Assembly: GCA_020631895.1 (NCBI GenBank)
Contig: JACKGR010000002.1
Coordinates: 1-24,000, forward strand
DNA from: Candidatus Nomurabacteria bacterium
GTDB lineage: Bacteria > Patescibacteriota > Saccharimonadia > Saccharimonadales > UBA7683
Length of the DNA stretch: 24,000 nucleotides
Direction: 5' to 3'
Below, piece by piece: positions 23,060 to 24,000 of the stretch (the stretch's first letter is position 1; every line of letters begins with the position of its first letter). Under the pieces are notes generated by a model. It searched no databases, had not been told where the DNA came from, and saw only the letters and a program-made list of their open reading frames with translations. The position numbers and the translations under genes were made by a program.

Positions 23060-23641
23060 ATGGTTAAAAAGAAAACCGTAAGCTCAGGAACTAAAAAAAG
23101 CACAGTTAAATCAGTGACTAAATCTAAAAGTAGCCATGCGCCTAAGATTAGGTGGTATGTATGGGTTCTCATTGGATTAATTTTAGTAATTCTCTGTAAT
23201 CTGGCTTACAAAAATGTTGCCACAAGGAGAGATGTAGCCTTACTAGATAAGGCTGAAGCAAAAATGCGTCAGTTAGACTTCCCTGGTGGTAAAGAGGGTG
23301 AAATAGAAAGATACTGTAGTGAGAAAAGCGTAAAGTTCGGCAGCCCCGGCAAGCCTAGTTGCGGTGTGTCTATCACAAGTACACCTCCAGCTAGTAACAC
23401 TATTGGTAATAGTAATACAGAAAGCACAATTAGAAGTATAAGTATGAGCGGAGCGGACGTTGAACAGTACAGAAATGATAAAGATAGAGCATATTACAAT
23501 ATTACAGGGTATGTTGATGGTCTAAAATGCTATATGGGTGATGTGCTTGTAAAAGACTACACATCTAATGTGACTATTCAAGACCTTACCTTATACTGTC
23601 AGAAAGAGTTCCAAACGAAAGTTTATCCGATTAGAAACTAG
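23060..23641 (+). CDS. hypothetical membrane-anchored protein
   Basis: The track ORF starts at GTG 23045 and the first ATG is at 23060. K/S-rich N-terminus, one TM segment (WYVWVLIGLILVILCNLAY), and an exported region of about 140 aa with several Cys. No motif recognised. Confidence 0.6.
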   Translation: MVKKKTVSSGTKKSTVKSVTKSKSSHAPKIRWYVWVLIGLILVILCNLAYKNVATRRDVALLDKAEAKMRQLDFPGGKEGEIERYCSEKSVKFGSPGKPSCGVSITSTPPASNTIGNSNTESTIRSISMSGADVEQYRNDKDRAYYNITGYVDGLKCYMGDVLVKDYTSNVTIQDLTLYCQKEFQTKVYPIRN

Positions 23642-23676
23642 TTGCCATAATTAATCTACGAGCCTAAGATAAATAT

Positions 23677-24000
23677 ATGAAGAGGTGGGGTATATTGGTT
23701 GCTTGTTTGGTCTTATCGTTTTTAATAGCGTCAGCAGGTTTGGTCGGAGCAGAAGGTAGCCAGAACTGGTTCAGCGATAGTCAGGCTCCTGTAATAACTT
23801 TGGCTGAGGAGTCTGCGACACCTCCAGAAAGAGACTACTGGGGTGCCGATTGCAGAGAATTGAGCTACGAGGCGTCATGGATAGATTCTCTTGGTAAACA
23901 GATAAATCAGACCGTAAACAACTGTGTTCACCAGGCAAGTTACGGGTATATTGGTACCTATGGCGTTAGACTCAGGGGAACCAAAATTAGCTACTCGATG
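23677..24000 (+). CDS. hypothetical secreted protein (3' end beyond window)
   Basis: Absent from the track because no stop lies in the window. The ATG at 23677 opens 108 stop-free codons: MKRWGILVACLVLSFLIASAGLVGAEGSQNWFSDSQAPVITLAEESATPPERDYWGADCRELSYEASW... This has a clear signal peptide. Confidence 0.55.
   Translation, partial: MKRWGILVACLVLSFLIASAGLVGAEGSQNWFSDSQAPVITLAEESATPPERDYWGADCRELSYEASWIDSLGKQINQTVNNCVHQASYGYIGTYGVRLRGTKISYSM

Noticed and set aside
1-24000. Alternative genetic code (TGA recoded, as in some CPR lineages)
   Set aside because: TGA terminates P3 (1288-1290) and P4 (1695-1697) at positions consistent with paralogue lengths. All large ORFs are intact under the standard bacterial code.

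Overview
The window appears to be an origin-proximal chromosome segment from a small-genome, monoderm-type bacterium. My guess is Patescibacteria/CPR, Saccharibacteria-like, but this cannot be proven by eye. Standard code 11 applies, because TGA is used as a stop. All family calls come from motif, topology and synteny recognition by eye; no searches were run.

Layout:
(1) 1-2918, minus strand: six tandem small genes (one cut by the window edge). All end in the same two-helix VirB2/TrbC-type T4SS pilin core.
(2) 2998-17384, plus strand: a tightly packed operon about 14.4 kb long. It encodes an extended VirB6/TrbL-like polytopic protein, a PrgI/VirB3-like protein and a 283-nt non-coding island containing a long imperfect hairpin. 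These are followed by a VirB4 ATPase that seems split into two translationally coupled ORFs, and a 1148-aa bitopic protein ending in a VanY/M15 (LAS) peptidase domain. The operon ends with an 802-aa four-module cell-wall hydrolase (SGNH esterase + LAS peptidase + tail-lysozyme-like + M23-like) and an AT-rich membrane-anchored orphan gene.
(3) 17389-22401: the classical origin cluster, dnaN and dnaA on the minus strand and rpmH, rnpA, yidC and jag on the plus strand. DnaA-box clusters lie on both sides of dnaA.
(4) 22398-22980: a mazEF-type toxin-antitoxin pair.
(5) 23045-24000: two hypothetical exported proteins, the last one partial.

The main candidate system is the T4SS-like locus. It has a Gram-positive-style core gene order plus an expanded VirB2-like pilin family and an unusually heavy muralytic complement. 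No coupling protein, VirB11, relaxase, integrase or other mobile-element hallmark is visible. No tRNA, rRNA, CRISPR or transposase was seen.
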